Program-made: the position numbers and the translations under genes | The notes under the pieces: generated by a model | The model's input: the letters and a program-made list of their open reading frames with translations, nothing else | What the model was told of the DNA's origin: nothing | Database searches by the model: none | Part shown: in pieces, positions 39,207-48,150 of the stretch | Layout: every line of letters starts with the position of its first letter | Numbering within the stretch: the first letter of the stretch is position 1 | DNA from: Candidatus Poribacteria bacterium | GTDB lineage: Bacteria; Poribacteria; WGA-4E; WGA-3G | DNA length: 64,000 nucleotides | Reading direction: 5' to 3' | Assembly (NCBI GenBank): GCA_964291315.2 | Contig: OZ219753.1 | Coordinates: 2,784,001-2,848,000, forward strand

Positions 39207-39992
39207 CTATCGAGTGGCGTTTGCTTTAATTTGACTCCATGTGGTGACTAGTTGCCCATTTGGTTGAATATCTAACGCTACGGATATACCGTCGTCTCTC
39301 AGTTCGTTGATTTCATTTTCGCTGAGGGGTCTGTCGTAGAGGACAATTTCGTCGATAGTTCCGGACATCCAATACCCGCCGATATCGCAGCCGCCGATAA
39401 AGAAAGCGTTGTCGTGGGTATCAGGTTCCTTTGCTGGCGAGACTTCTGCGTCTACTTTTCCATTGATGTAGAGTTTGAAGTCGGATCCGTCGTAAGTGCC
39501 TGCGATGTGATGCCATTCGCCGTCGGTGACGACGGTTTGTGCATCAAACGAGTTCCAGGCGCCGCCTGTAGTGAAAGAATAGTGGATGACTCCGGTGTTA
39601 ATATTGCCGAAGAGTCCGTAATTTCTACCGACAGGTCCTCGGTTTTCTTTGGAAGCAATGATTTGCCATTTCCCGGAGATTTCCGGAATATTCACCCATG
39701 CAGCGAGCGTGAAGTTTTCGAGGTCGAGAGCGTCATCATCGGGGACGGTCACCATATCGGCTCCGCCGAACTCCATAGCGCCGTCAAATTTCCCGTCGAC
39801 CCACTTGGGTTTGCCTTGGGCAATTTCCCCGTCTAGGCCGTTATTAGAGGAGTCTGTGACTGCTTCCCCTTTGCCTTCATCAAACAACCATGCCCCGACG
39901 AGCCCATCGGTATTTAGTGCTGTAGCGTGTGGTAGCGTGAAAAGTATCAGACTAAAGAGGCTTAGGGTTAAACATGTTAGCGTTTTGCACAT
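39207..39992 (-). CDS. Secreted LamG/concanavalin A-like domain protein with C-terminal TTW motif
   Basis: LVGAWLFDEG, GKFDGAMEF, WHHIAGTYDG, GTIDEI; ends IQPNGQLVTTWSQIK. Confidence 0.9.
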   Translation of the reverse strand: MCKTLTCLTLSLFSLILFTLPHATALNTDGLVGAWLFDEGKGEAVTDSSNNGLDGEIAQGKPKWVDGKFDGAMEFGGADMVTVPDDDALDLENFTLAAWVNIPEISGKWQIIASKENRGPVGRNYGLFGNINTGVIHYSFTTGGAWNSFDAQTVVTDGEWHHIAGTYDGSDFKLYINGKVDAEVSPAKEPDTHDNAFFIGGCDIGGYWMSGTIDEIVLYDRPLSENEINELRDDGISVALDIQPNGQLVTTWSQIKANATR

Positions 39993-40044
39993 TAGAGATT
40001 CTCCTTGTTAGGTATGCTTTTGCGTATAAAATAGAGGTTGTAGA

Positions 40045-41337
40045 TTAAATGACAGTTTCGGGTGGTATTGCTGCATCCTTTGGAACAATCACAATTCCAT
40101 CTCGGATGTAGTAGTTTTCGCCGTCATGACTGTCAATTCCCTCTTGGTTGACAAGTACAGAATTATTACCGATGCGTGCGTTTTTGTCAATAATTGCGTT
40201 TTGAATCAGGCAATTGTGTCCGATGCCAAGATTAGGGGTGCCTTCTTTGGCGTTTTTTGCTCGTGATGCTTCTGATTCGTAGTAGTCTGCGCCCATAAGT
40301 ACAGATTGGTAGATTCGAGTGCCGTTGGAGATAATACTTCGGATGCCGACAATGGTTCTGTCGAGCTCGGAGTCATCTACGATAGACCCCTCGGAGAGAA
40401 TTGAGGATCGGACGCTGCTGCTATTGACTTTTGTGCTGGGTAAGTGGCGGCGGTTGGTGTAGATAGGTGCTTGCTCGTCGTAAAAATTGAAAGCGGGTGA
40501 GGTATCCGTGAGTGCGATATTTGCGTGATAAAAGGAACGGATTGTTCCAATGTCTTCCCAGTAGCTGTCGAAAAAATAGGCGGAGATTGGGAGGGTCTGA
40601 ATACTTTTCGGAATAATATCTTTGCCGAAGTCCATATTTGCGTCGTCTTGAAGGGCGTTTTGAAGGATGTCTCGGTTAAAGATGTAGATCCCCATTGATG
40701 CGATATATTCTCTACCGTGTGGTTCTATACCTTGCGCCGTAAAGACCTCAGGATCAACGCGTAGCGGCAGTAGTTCTTCTTCGGTTTGTGGTTTTTCAAC
40801 AAAATTGACGATGCGTCCATTCTTATCAGCTTGGAGAATGCCCAATCCGTTTGTGTCCTCTTTTCTCACGGGAATAACAGAAACGGTGATAGCTGCTTTG
40901 GATTCCGTGTGAACTTGTAGCATTTTGCGGTAGTCCATGCGATAGAGATGGTCGCCAGCGAGAATCAGGACATAATTGTCTGGGAACCGTGGATTAAGGA
41001 TATAGGGTTGGTTGTGTTTAACGGCATCTGCTGTTCCTTGATACCATTTTTCGCCTATTAAAGTTTGCTGTGCAGCCAGGATTTGGACGAATCCGCGGCG
41101 GTAACTATCGAAGCGGTAGGCTTGTGCAATGTGTCGGTTGAGGGAAACAGAGTTGAATTGTGTCAACACATAGATACGGTCGAATCCGGAATGAAGGCAG
41201 TTGCTGATGGGTATGTCTACGAGTCGAAATTTGCCGGCGATTGGTACGCTCGGTTTCGCCCGGTCTCTGGTGAGTGGGAACAGACGGGTGCCGCGCCCGC
41301 CGCCAAGGATCACTGCGATAACGCTCCCGTTATTCAT
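40045..41337 (-). CDS. glgC: Glucose-1-phosphate adenylyltransferase
   Basis: GGGRGTRLFPLT, RAKPSVP, LTQFNS, WYQGTADAV, GDHLYRMDY, FVEKP, ASMGIY, YWEDIGT. Confidence 0.97.
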   Translation of the reverse strand: MNNGSVIAVILGGGRGTRLFPLTRDRAKPSVPIAGKFRLVDIPISNCLHSGFDRIYVLTQFNSVSLNRHIAQAYRFDSYRRGFVQILAAQQTLIGEKWYQGTADAVKHNQPYILNPRFPDNYVLILAGDHLYRMDYRKMLQVHTESKAAITVSVIPVRKEDTNGLGILQADKNGRIVNFVEKPQTEEELLPLRVDPEVFTAQGIEPHGREYIASMGIYIFNRDILQNALQDDANMDFGKDIIPKSIQTLPISAYFFDSYWEDIGTIRSFYHANIALTDTSPAFNFYDEQAPIYTNRRHLPSTKVNSSSVRSSILSEGSIVDDSELDRTIVGIRSIISNGTRIYQSVLMGADYYESEASRAKNAKEGTPNLGIGHNCLIQNAIIDKNARIGNNSVLVNQEGIDSHDGENYYIRDGIVIVPKDAAIPPETVI

Positions 41338-41355
41338 AAAAGTCTCCTTTTAATG

Positions 41356-41464
41356 GTTATCGGTCGTCGATGAGATAGAGGTTTTTTATAACGGATCGTC
41401 CTTTTTTTTGAAAATTCTGGGAGCCGGTTAGTTGTGAACTGATTCCTAACTGACAACTGATAAC
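41356..41464. repeat. ~110-bp intergenic element with imperfect heptamer-type terminal inverted repeats
   Basis: GTTATCGGTCGTCGATGAG ... CTAACTGACAACTGATAAC; similar to 53689-53800. Confidence 0.45.
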
Positions 41465-42051
41465 TATAAACTTCCTTTTGTGGATAGTACCCCTGTGATG
41501 GATGCATCGAGACGGGTTGCGATGTGCAAAGCTTTCGCAACTGCTTTGAAGATGGCCTCTATGATGTGATGTTGGTTTGTGCCGTAAGGGACATTGATAT
41601 GCAGCGTTGTGCCGCTATGGTTCACGAATCCGTGGAAAAATTCTTCTACAAGTTCAACATCGAAATCACCGACTTTTGCGTCTCGGAGCGGTGTCTCGTA
41701 ATGTAAGTAAGGTCGCCCGCAAACGTCAAGGTCAACTGTGGCAAGGGATTCATACATTGGAACGGTGAAGCTGCCGAAGCGACACATTCCTGCTTTGTCG
41801 AGCACTGATTTTTGGAGGGCTTGCCCTAGACAGATACCGATGTCTTCGGTGGTATGGTGTGCGTCTACGTGTAGGTCTCCGTTTGCTTGAATTTCTAGGT
41901 CGAAGAAGCCGTGCTTAGCGAAGAGGTTTAACATGTGATCGAGAAATCCGACCCCCGTGTTAGTAGTAGAGGCCCCTGTTCCGTCGAGGTTCAGCCGGAG
42001 CTGGATACGGGTTTCTGCTGTTTCCCGGACGATTTCTGCTGTTCTGTCCAT
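41464..42051 (-). CDS. hisB: Imidazoleglycerol-phosphate dehydratase
   Basis: RETAET, FLDHML, DAHHTTED, NQHHIIEAIFKA, STKGSL. Confidence 0.97.
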   Translation of the reverse strand: MDRTAEIVRETAETRIQLRLNLDGTGASTTNTGVGFLDHMLNLFAKHGFFDLEIQANGDLHVDAHHTTEDIGICLGQALQKSVLDKAGMCRFGSFTVPMYESLATVDLDVCGRPYLHYETPLRDAKVGDFDVELVEEFFHGFVNHSGTTLHINVPYGTNQHHIIEAIFKAVAKALHIATRLDASITGVLSTKGSL

Positions 42052-42064
42052 ATTTTCTGCTCAC

Positions 42065-44662
42065 TTAAGCCCATGTTATGAGGCCAAGTTCATAGAGAGA
42101 TTCCAAATCCTCGTGATAGGGTAAGGCGCGTACGGTGTACCCGTGTAGTCCGGTCTCTTTCAAAGTGAGTGTCCCTTCAAAGAGGTAAGCCCCATCGCCC
42201 AAATCTTCGCGATATTCCATTGGGGTGACCTTACCGTTGTGAATTTCCCCTGTGGCATCTAATACGCCGTGGTAAATTTGAACTGCGAGCTCGTGTGGAG
42301 ATAAGATGTCAGTGTGAGCGATTACCTGCACGGTTGTCGATTGACCGACACCGAGTTCAAGATTTTGGACTGCAGTGAATGTTTTTGTAGAGGGTTTTGT
42401 CTCAATCCAAAGATTGTGCCAGTGATCGCGGACGTATTTTTTCCAATGTGCTAGAGCGAGTCCGCGTTTCGCTTCGTCTTCATTGAGTTTTAGCCAACGT
42501 CGGTGCGTTGGCAAATAGAGCTGTTCGGCGTATTCTGTCACCATTCGTTTGGTATTGAAAATAGGTACTAGGTTCTGCATTGCGGTTTTCATGCAGGCGA
42601 CCCACTCATAAGGTACATTGTCGACCGGGTTACGTTCATAAAAGAGCGGGACGATTTCTTTTTCAAGGAGATCATAGATAGCGTTAGCATGGGTTTTGTC
42701 ATCAGACTTTGTATTGTCTGGGGTGGTGCCGATGTCAATGGTCCATCCGCCGCCTAAATAGTTTGCTTCTGCCCACCAACCATCTGCGATGCTGAGGTTA
42801 AGTGCACCGTTTGCTGCTGCTTTCATGCCGCTTGTGCCGCTGGCTTCGTTGGGGCGTAGAGGGTTATTTAACCAGATATCGACTCCTTCAACGAGATAAC
42901 GTCCGACGCAGATATCGTAGTTTTCAATGAAGACGATTTTGTGATAGAAGCGTGGTTCTGCTGCGATACGTGCGATACGTTGGATGAGCAATTTTCCTGC
43001 ATAATCGTGGGGGTGTGCTTTCCCGGAAAAGATAATTTGTACCGGATGTTCGGGATGATTGAGAATTTTATCAAGTCTGTCAACATCGTGAAAGAGCAGC
43101 GTTGCGCGTTTGTAGGTCGCAAATCGGCGTGCGAAACCGATGGTCAATGCGTCGGAGTTGAGTTCTTTAATCGTTGTCCTGTCTGATTCTTGGCGGCGAG
43201 CAAAAATTGTACCTTCTTGTGCTTGTTTTTGTTCTTGCCGTTGTCGCGTAAAGGTGATCAGGCGTTCGCGGCGGCGTTCGTGTATACGCCACAATTCAGG
43301 ATCAGGGATTTGGGATATCTGCGTCCAGAAGGCTTGGTTGGTCAGTTCGACAATCCAGTGGGGTCCGAGGTATCTGTCGAAGAGGCTTTGCATATCGTTG
43401 GAGACCCAGGAGCGTGTATGGATTCCGTTGGTAATTGCGTTAATAGGTACTTCATGTACAGGAATGCCGTCCCAAAGATTTTTCCACATATCGCGGGCAA
43501 CCTGCCCGTGTAGTTGACTCACGCCGTTGCGCATTGCAGAGAGTCTTAGTGCGAGGAGTGCGGGGCTGAATTCACTATTGGTGTTGGCGGGTTCTGTTCT
43601 GCCGAGGCCGAGGAAGGTTTTTGCGGAAACGCCGAGTTCGTCGTAATAGTCACTGAGGTAGTAATTGACCAAATCAGGTGAAAACCAGTCAATGCCAGCT
43701 GGTACCGGTGTGTGCGTTGTGAAGATATTTCCGCTTTTTGTTGTTTCAGAGGCTTCTTCGAAGCGGATGTCCATTTCCTGCATCAGTTGCCGAATGCGTT
43801 CAATTGTGAGAAACGCGGCATGTCCTTCATTCATGTGGCAGACAGTGGGGCGGATACCGAGTGCGATCAGGGCGCGGTATCCACCGATGCCTAGCAAAAT
43901 CTCTTGTTTAATGCGGAGCCGCTCATCTCCGCCGTACAAGTAGTCGGTGATGTTTCGTAATTCTTCGGTTTCGTTTTCTGGGATGTTGGTATCTAAGAGG
44001 TATAACGAGACGCGCCCGACCTGAGCGCGCCAGATTTTGGCGAAGAGCGTGCCTTCTGGATATGCGACTTCTATTAATACGGGACTTCCATCAGGGTGCT
44101 TTTCTGGTTGGATAGGCATATTGTAGAAATCATTTGTCGGGTAATCTGCCATTTGCCATCCGTCTGCGGTAAGTGTCTGTCGGAAGTAGCCATGTTGATA
44201 TAACAGGCCCACACCGACCAACGGCAGCCCGAGGTGGCTTGTGGACTTCAAATGGTCCCCGGCCAAGACTCCTAAGCCGCCGGAGTAGAGTGGCATACAC
44301 TCGGTTAACCCGTACTCCATTGAAAAATAGGCGATTTTCAGATTGTTGAGCGCGTCATCATTATAATTGGACTCAAGCCATGTAGGGATTTTATGGTATT
44401 CTTTGAATTTTCTGTGGATAACCTGAAGGTGTGCTAGGAAGGTGTTGTTTTTTGATGCTGCATCCAACTGTTCTTGGGAAATCTGTCCGAGCATCGCAGC
44501 TGGGTTGTGGTAGGTTTTTTCCCATAATTCAGCATCTAGGTAACGAAACAGATCCAGTGCTTCACGATCCCAAGTCCACCACAAATTTAAGGCGAGCTCG
44601 CGCAGAGGTTCAAGATTCGGCGGTAGAGTAGGTACCACTGTTAATTGACGAAGTGGTTTCAT
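42065..44662 (-). CDS. glgP: Alpha-glucan (glycogen) phosphorylase
   Basis: AYFSMEYG, YSGGLGVLAGD, HMNEGH, ARRFATYKR, GKAHP, EASGTSGMK. Confidence 0.96.
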   Translation of the reverse strand: MKPLRQLTVVPTLPPNLEPLRELALNLWWTWDREALDLFRYLDAELWEKTYHNPAAMLGQISQEQLDAASKNNTFLAHLQVIHRKFKEYHKIPTWLESNYNDDALNNLKIAYFSMEYGLTECMPLYSGGLGVLAGDHLKSTSHLGLPLVGVGLLYQHGYFRQTLTADGWQMADYPTNDFYNMPIQPEKHPDGSPVLIEVAYPEGTLFAKIWRAQVGRVSLYLLDTNIPENETEELRNITDYLYGGDERLRIKQEILLGIGGYRALIALGIRPTVCHMNEGHAAFLTIERIRQLMQEMDIRFEEASETTKSGNIFTTHTPVPAGIDWFSPDLVNYYLSDYYDELGVSAKTFLGLGRTEPANTNSEFSPALLALRLSAMRNGVSQLHGQVARDMWKNLWDGIPVHEVPINAITNGIHTRSWVSNDMQSLFDRYLGPHWIVELTNQAFWTQISQIPDPELWRIHERRRERLITFTRQRQEQKQAQEGTIFARRQESDRTTIKELNSDALTIGFARRFATYKRATLLFHDVDRLDKILNHPEHPVQIIFSGKAHPHDYAGKLLIQRIARIAAEPRFYHKIVFIENYDICVGRYLVEGVDIWLNNPLRPNEASGTSGMKAAANGALNLSIADGWWAEANYLGGGWTIDIGTTPDNTKSDDKTHANAIYDLLEKEIVPLFYERNPVDNVPYEWVACMKTAMQNLVPIFNTKRMVTEYAEQLYLPTHRRWLKLNEDEAKRGLALAHWKKYVRDHWHNLWIETKPSTKTFTAVQNLELGVGQSTTVQVIAHTDILSPHELAVQIYHGVLDATGEIHNGKVTPMEYREDLGDGAYLFEGTLTLKETGLHGYTVRALPYHEDLESLYELGLITWA

Positions 44663-44686
44663 TTAATGTTGTGCTCCTCCGGCAAT

Positions 44687-44911
44687 CTATTCAACATCTG
44701 TCTGTGATTCTCGTACTTTGAGCGTTATGTAAGTGCCTTGTTTTCGTTGTTTAAAATCTATTTTTCCTTCGCGAGCTAGCCAACCGATTCCCATAAGGAT
44801 TGAACGTTGCGTTTCGCCAATTTCACGGATCATTTTTGTAACAGTGGCTTCGTTGTTTTGGTCAAGATATTTCCAGATAGCCCCAGCAACGTTTCCTATA
44901 TTGTCTAACAT
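44687..44911 (-). CDS. Winged helix-turn-helix protein, DUF2582-like
   Basis: IGxxAGxIWxYL...MGIGWLAREGKI. Confidence 0.85.
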   Translation of the reverse strand: MLDNIGNVAGAIWKYLDQNNEATVTKMIREIGETQRSILMGIGWLAREGKIDFKQRKQGTYITLKVRESQTDVE

Positions 44912-45048
44912 TCTTACCTCCGAAAGGTTATTAAGTGATTACTGATTATTAATTATCAGATGTCGGCTGAACTTAAGAGTGCCCAACCGGATAGTGAATT
45001 GTTACATTCAGGTCTTTTAGGTGCTGACGGCGGGCCTCGCTTATAATT

Positions 45049-45215
45049 ATAATAGTTGCTTTTCGTAAGTTTGTCAAGGAGAAAAATAAGATCCAAAGTT
45101 CTAACGGAAGGATGGTATATAAAAAGGCAGAAGTACAGATGAAACAGACGATATTCGAAAGTTGCGTTGCCTCGTTTGAAAAATGTCTTGACAACTTCCT
45201 GTTTCACATGATAAT
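45049..45215. promoter_or_regulatory. Divergent sigma70-type promoters of the glycogen cluster
   Basis: Minus strand: TTGACA (45077-45072), 17 nt, TATTAT. Plus strand: TTGACA (45188-45193), 16 nt, GATAAT. Confidence 0.55.
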
Positions 45216-45307
45216 TTTAAAACGGTTGTAGCATGGTATTAAAATTTCATAATTTTATATTGCAAGCCATGGATTCATAGAAAAAAATACGGAGTGAGGT
45301 AAAAAAT

Positions 45308-47056
45308 GTGAGCGTTGTTGTTCATGTTACACACGAGGCCCTCCAAAAGATAGGGGGGATCGGGGCAGTTTTAGAGGGGCTGTTGACAACCCATAGTTAC
45401 AATGAAACGATTGGGCGTACTTTTCTCGTCGGTCCACTTTCTCCTGGTGCCGATTTGCGGGAATTAGAGACTGTGCTGTATCACGCTAGTGCGGGTACAA
45501 AAGATACGCGGCATGCGGATGTTCTGAGTCGGATTGAACAGACCTATCATGTTGAGATTGTCTACGGTCAACGTCGATTTGAGGACAAAAATAAAAAAGT
45601 TACGACCCTTACAGATGTTATCTTGGTGAATGTATCAAGCAGCGACGAGGAACGGACGGGGCGGTTTAAATGGCAGCTCTACGAACATTTCCATCTCGAA
45701 TCAAGTCGTTACGAAACTGAATGGGAGTTTGAGGAGTACGTCCGTCTCGCTGAACCGGCTTATGATGCATTGCGGGCTTTAATCGATGATGTGACAGCTC
45801 CTCCTATTTTCGTTATTTCTCATGAATTTATGGGGATGCCGCTTGCACTGAAAACGCTCATTGAGCGGAAAAACGGCGAAGGTGCCGAGAACATGCGCAC
45901 CGTTTTTTATGCTCATGAAGTGGCAACCGTCCGTCCGCTTGTTGAGGAACATCCTGGGCACGATATCCGTTTCTATAACGTTTTAAAACAAGCGACGGCG
46001 CATGGACAGATGGTTCGGGATGTTTTTGATGATCCGTTTTGGTATTTCAAACATGCGTTGATCGATAAAGCGCATCTGTGTGATGCTATTTTTGCGGTTG
46101 GGGATCTGGTTGTAGAGGAGCTCCGGTTTCTAGCAAAGCCGTTTGAGCATTTCCCGATTAACCTCGTTTATAACGGTGTTCCGGCGTTTCGGGTGACTCT
46201 GCAAGAAAAATTAAAATCAAAGGCACTGCTCCAGAAATACACAGCGGCCCTGTTGGAGTACCGTCCAGATTATGTTTTCACGCATGTAACGCGTCTTGTC
46301 AAAAGCAAAGGGTTATGGCGCGATTTACAAGTGCTTACACACTTGGATTCGTTACTTGCCTCCAACGATAAGACAGCGGTTTTGTTCATTCTCTCCACAG
46401 AAATTGCGACGGGGCGCCCGTATGAAATTGTTCATGAAATGGAGCGGGAATACGGTTGGCCGGTGCACCATAAAATTGGTTATCCTGATCTTGTAGGTGC
46501 CGAGGTGGAGTTAAATAACGGGGTTGCAGCCTTCAATTTGCAGTCTAAGGCGATCAAGGTGGTTTTTGTCAATCAATTCGGATGGAGCCGAGAAGCTTGC
46601 GGGGAACGGATGCCTCCGGAGATGGCGTTCATGGACGTTCGTAAGGGAAGCGATGCGGAATTTGGTCAGTCAATTTATGAACCTTTTGGCATTGCCCAAG
46701 TGGAACCGCTCAGCTTCGGTGCGATCTGTGTTGTTAGTAATGTGTGTGGGTGCTGCGGATTCATCCATCGCGCAACCGAGGGGCAGGAGGTGCCGAATGT
46801 CGTTGTTGCTGACTATACGCAGCTCCAGATACCCCCGAAAGTATTAGAAGATGTGATTCACATCGGTTCGGCGGAAAGGAGCGCGATTGAGTTGGAGAAC
46901 AGCAGAGATATCGCGGCGAAACTCCTCGGTCGTCTGCCGCGCAAGCCTCGTGATGTGGAAGATATGATCCGAACGGGCTACGACATCGCCTCTCGTATGA
47001 GTTGGGAGGTTGTCGTTGAAAATTATTTCTTGCCTGGATTAAAACGGGCGTTGTAA
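45308..47056 (+). CDS. Putative glycogen synthase, divergent GT-B / GT3-like glycosyltransferase
   Basis: N-terminal HEALQKIGGIG (KxGG) and C-terminal SIYEPFG...E...G..CVVSNVCG; lies within the glgC/glgP/glgB cluster. Confidence 0.65.
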   Translation: MSVVVHVTHEALQKIGGIGAVLEGLLTTHSYNETIGRTFLVGPLSPGADLRELETVLYHASAGTKDTRHADVLSRIEQTYHVEIVYGQRRFEDKNKKVTTLTDVILVNVSSSDEERTGRFKWQLYEHFHLESSRYETEWEFEEYVRLAEPAYDALRALIDDVTAPPIFVISHEFMGMPLALKTLIERKNGEGAENMRTVFYAHEVATVRPLVEEHPGHDIRFYNVLKQATAHGQMVRDVFDDPFWYFKHALIDKAHLCDAIFAVGDLVVEELRFLAKPFEHFPINLVYNGVPAFRVTLQEKLKSKALLQKYTAALLEYRPDYVFTHVTRLVKSKGLWRDLQVLTHLDSLLASNDKTAVLFILSTEIATGRPYEIVHEMEREYGWPVHHKIGYPDLVGAEVELNNGVAAFNLQSKAIKVVFVNQFGWSREACGERMPPEMAFMDVRKGSDAEFGQSIYEPFGIAQVEPLSFGAICVVSNVCGCCGFIHRATEGQEVPNVVVADYTQLQIPPKVLEDVIHIGSAERSAIELENSRDIAAKLLGRLPRKPRDVEDMIRTGYDIASRMSWEVVVENYFLPGLKRAL

Positions 47057-47081
47057 CTATCTACTTTTAGGAGAAACGTTG

Positions 47082-47921
47082 ATGTCACATCAAACTTCAT
47101 GGGATGTGCCGGTCGCGATGACACCGGAGCAGAAGTTTTTCTTTGATCTTCGCGGGTGGATTCTGATACCCTCGGTACTTTCGGATCCGGAAATCGAGGA
47201 GATGAAAGCTGATGTCTATGCCGGGGCTAGACAGAGCTATCAAGGTGCTTTACAGATTTTGCTTGACCATCCTGCGATTGTTGGAATCTTGAGCGAGATT
47301 TTGTCGGAGGATCCGTTTGTATTGGATGACTGTTACAGTTTTCGGTGTGAGGGTTCCTTTACGACTGTGAGGTCTCCGGGCTGGAGTGCATCCGCGCGCG
47401 GCGACAATGGTATGCCGCATGTCGTACGTCCGCCGCAGCAAGCGAACGCGATGCGTTATCAGGTTGCTGGCGGGAAGATCTTTTCGGGATTAACACGCGT
47501 GGTATGGGAACTTGAGGAGGTCAAATCGGGACAGGGCGGTACTTCTTTCCTCAGCGGTTCACACAAAGCTCATTTCAATTATGGTGGGCCTGATCCGTAC
47601 CGTCCAAACATCAGTGGATCGCCGTGGGAGGCGAGCATGCGTGAACTGATGGACGACTACAGCTGCCCGCCGGGTTCGGTTGTTATCTTCACTGAAAGTC
47701 TTATCCATGCTGCTAACGATTGGACAAATCCGTCAAACCCACGTTGCGCGGTCTTCAATTGTTACAATTCGATTTGGGCGCAGTGGCACCGGCTGAATCT
47801 GAGTCATGAGATCATTGAAACGATGCCGTCGAAGCGGCAATCGTTGTTCCGTGGCACGTGGGCAATAGGCGGTGGTCCCGGTGGCAACCGTGTGTATTCG
47901 ATAGAGAATAACACGATCTGA
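47082..47921 (+). CDS. PhyH-like Fe/2OG oxygenase with a non-canonical metal motif
   Basis: QKFFFDLRGW, LLDHP, GGTSFLSGSHK, IFTESLIH, R; the first His is in PHVV. Confidence 0.8.
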   Translation: MSHQTSWDVPVAMTPEQKFFFDLRGWILIPSVLSDPEIEEMKADVYAGARQSYQGALQILLDHPAIVGILSEILSEDPFVLDDCYSFRCEGSFTTVRSPGWSASARGDNGMPHVVRPPQQANAMRYQVAGGKIFSGLTRVVWELEEVKSGQGGTSFLSGSHKAHFNYGGPDPYRPNISGSPWEASMRELMDDYSCPPGSVVIFTESLIHAANDWTNPSNPRCAVFNCYNSIWAQWHRLNLSHEIIETMPSKRQSLFRGTWAIGGGPGGNRVYSIENNTI

Positions 47922-48150
47922 TACCAAGTGTTCGTTTGGCGGGTTCAAGAGGTTGAGCTCAGCGCGCCTACCGCGAAATAGATATAAAAGAGCTGGAGGG
48001 TTTGGCTTCAGGTGTCCAGCAGCCTTCTGGCAGCCTTAATTTATTTTGGTGCATGCCGTAGTTTCCAGAGCATCACTGTTCGATCCTCACTGCTGCTTGC
48101 GATTGTCAAAGCGGTCTATAAAGCGAATCGATGATGAATTAAATTCCGTT

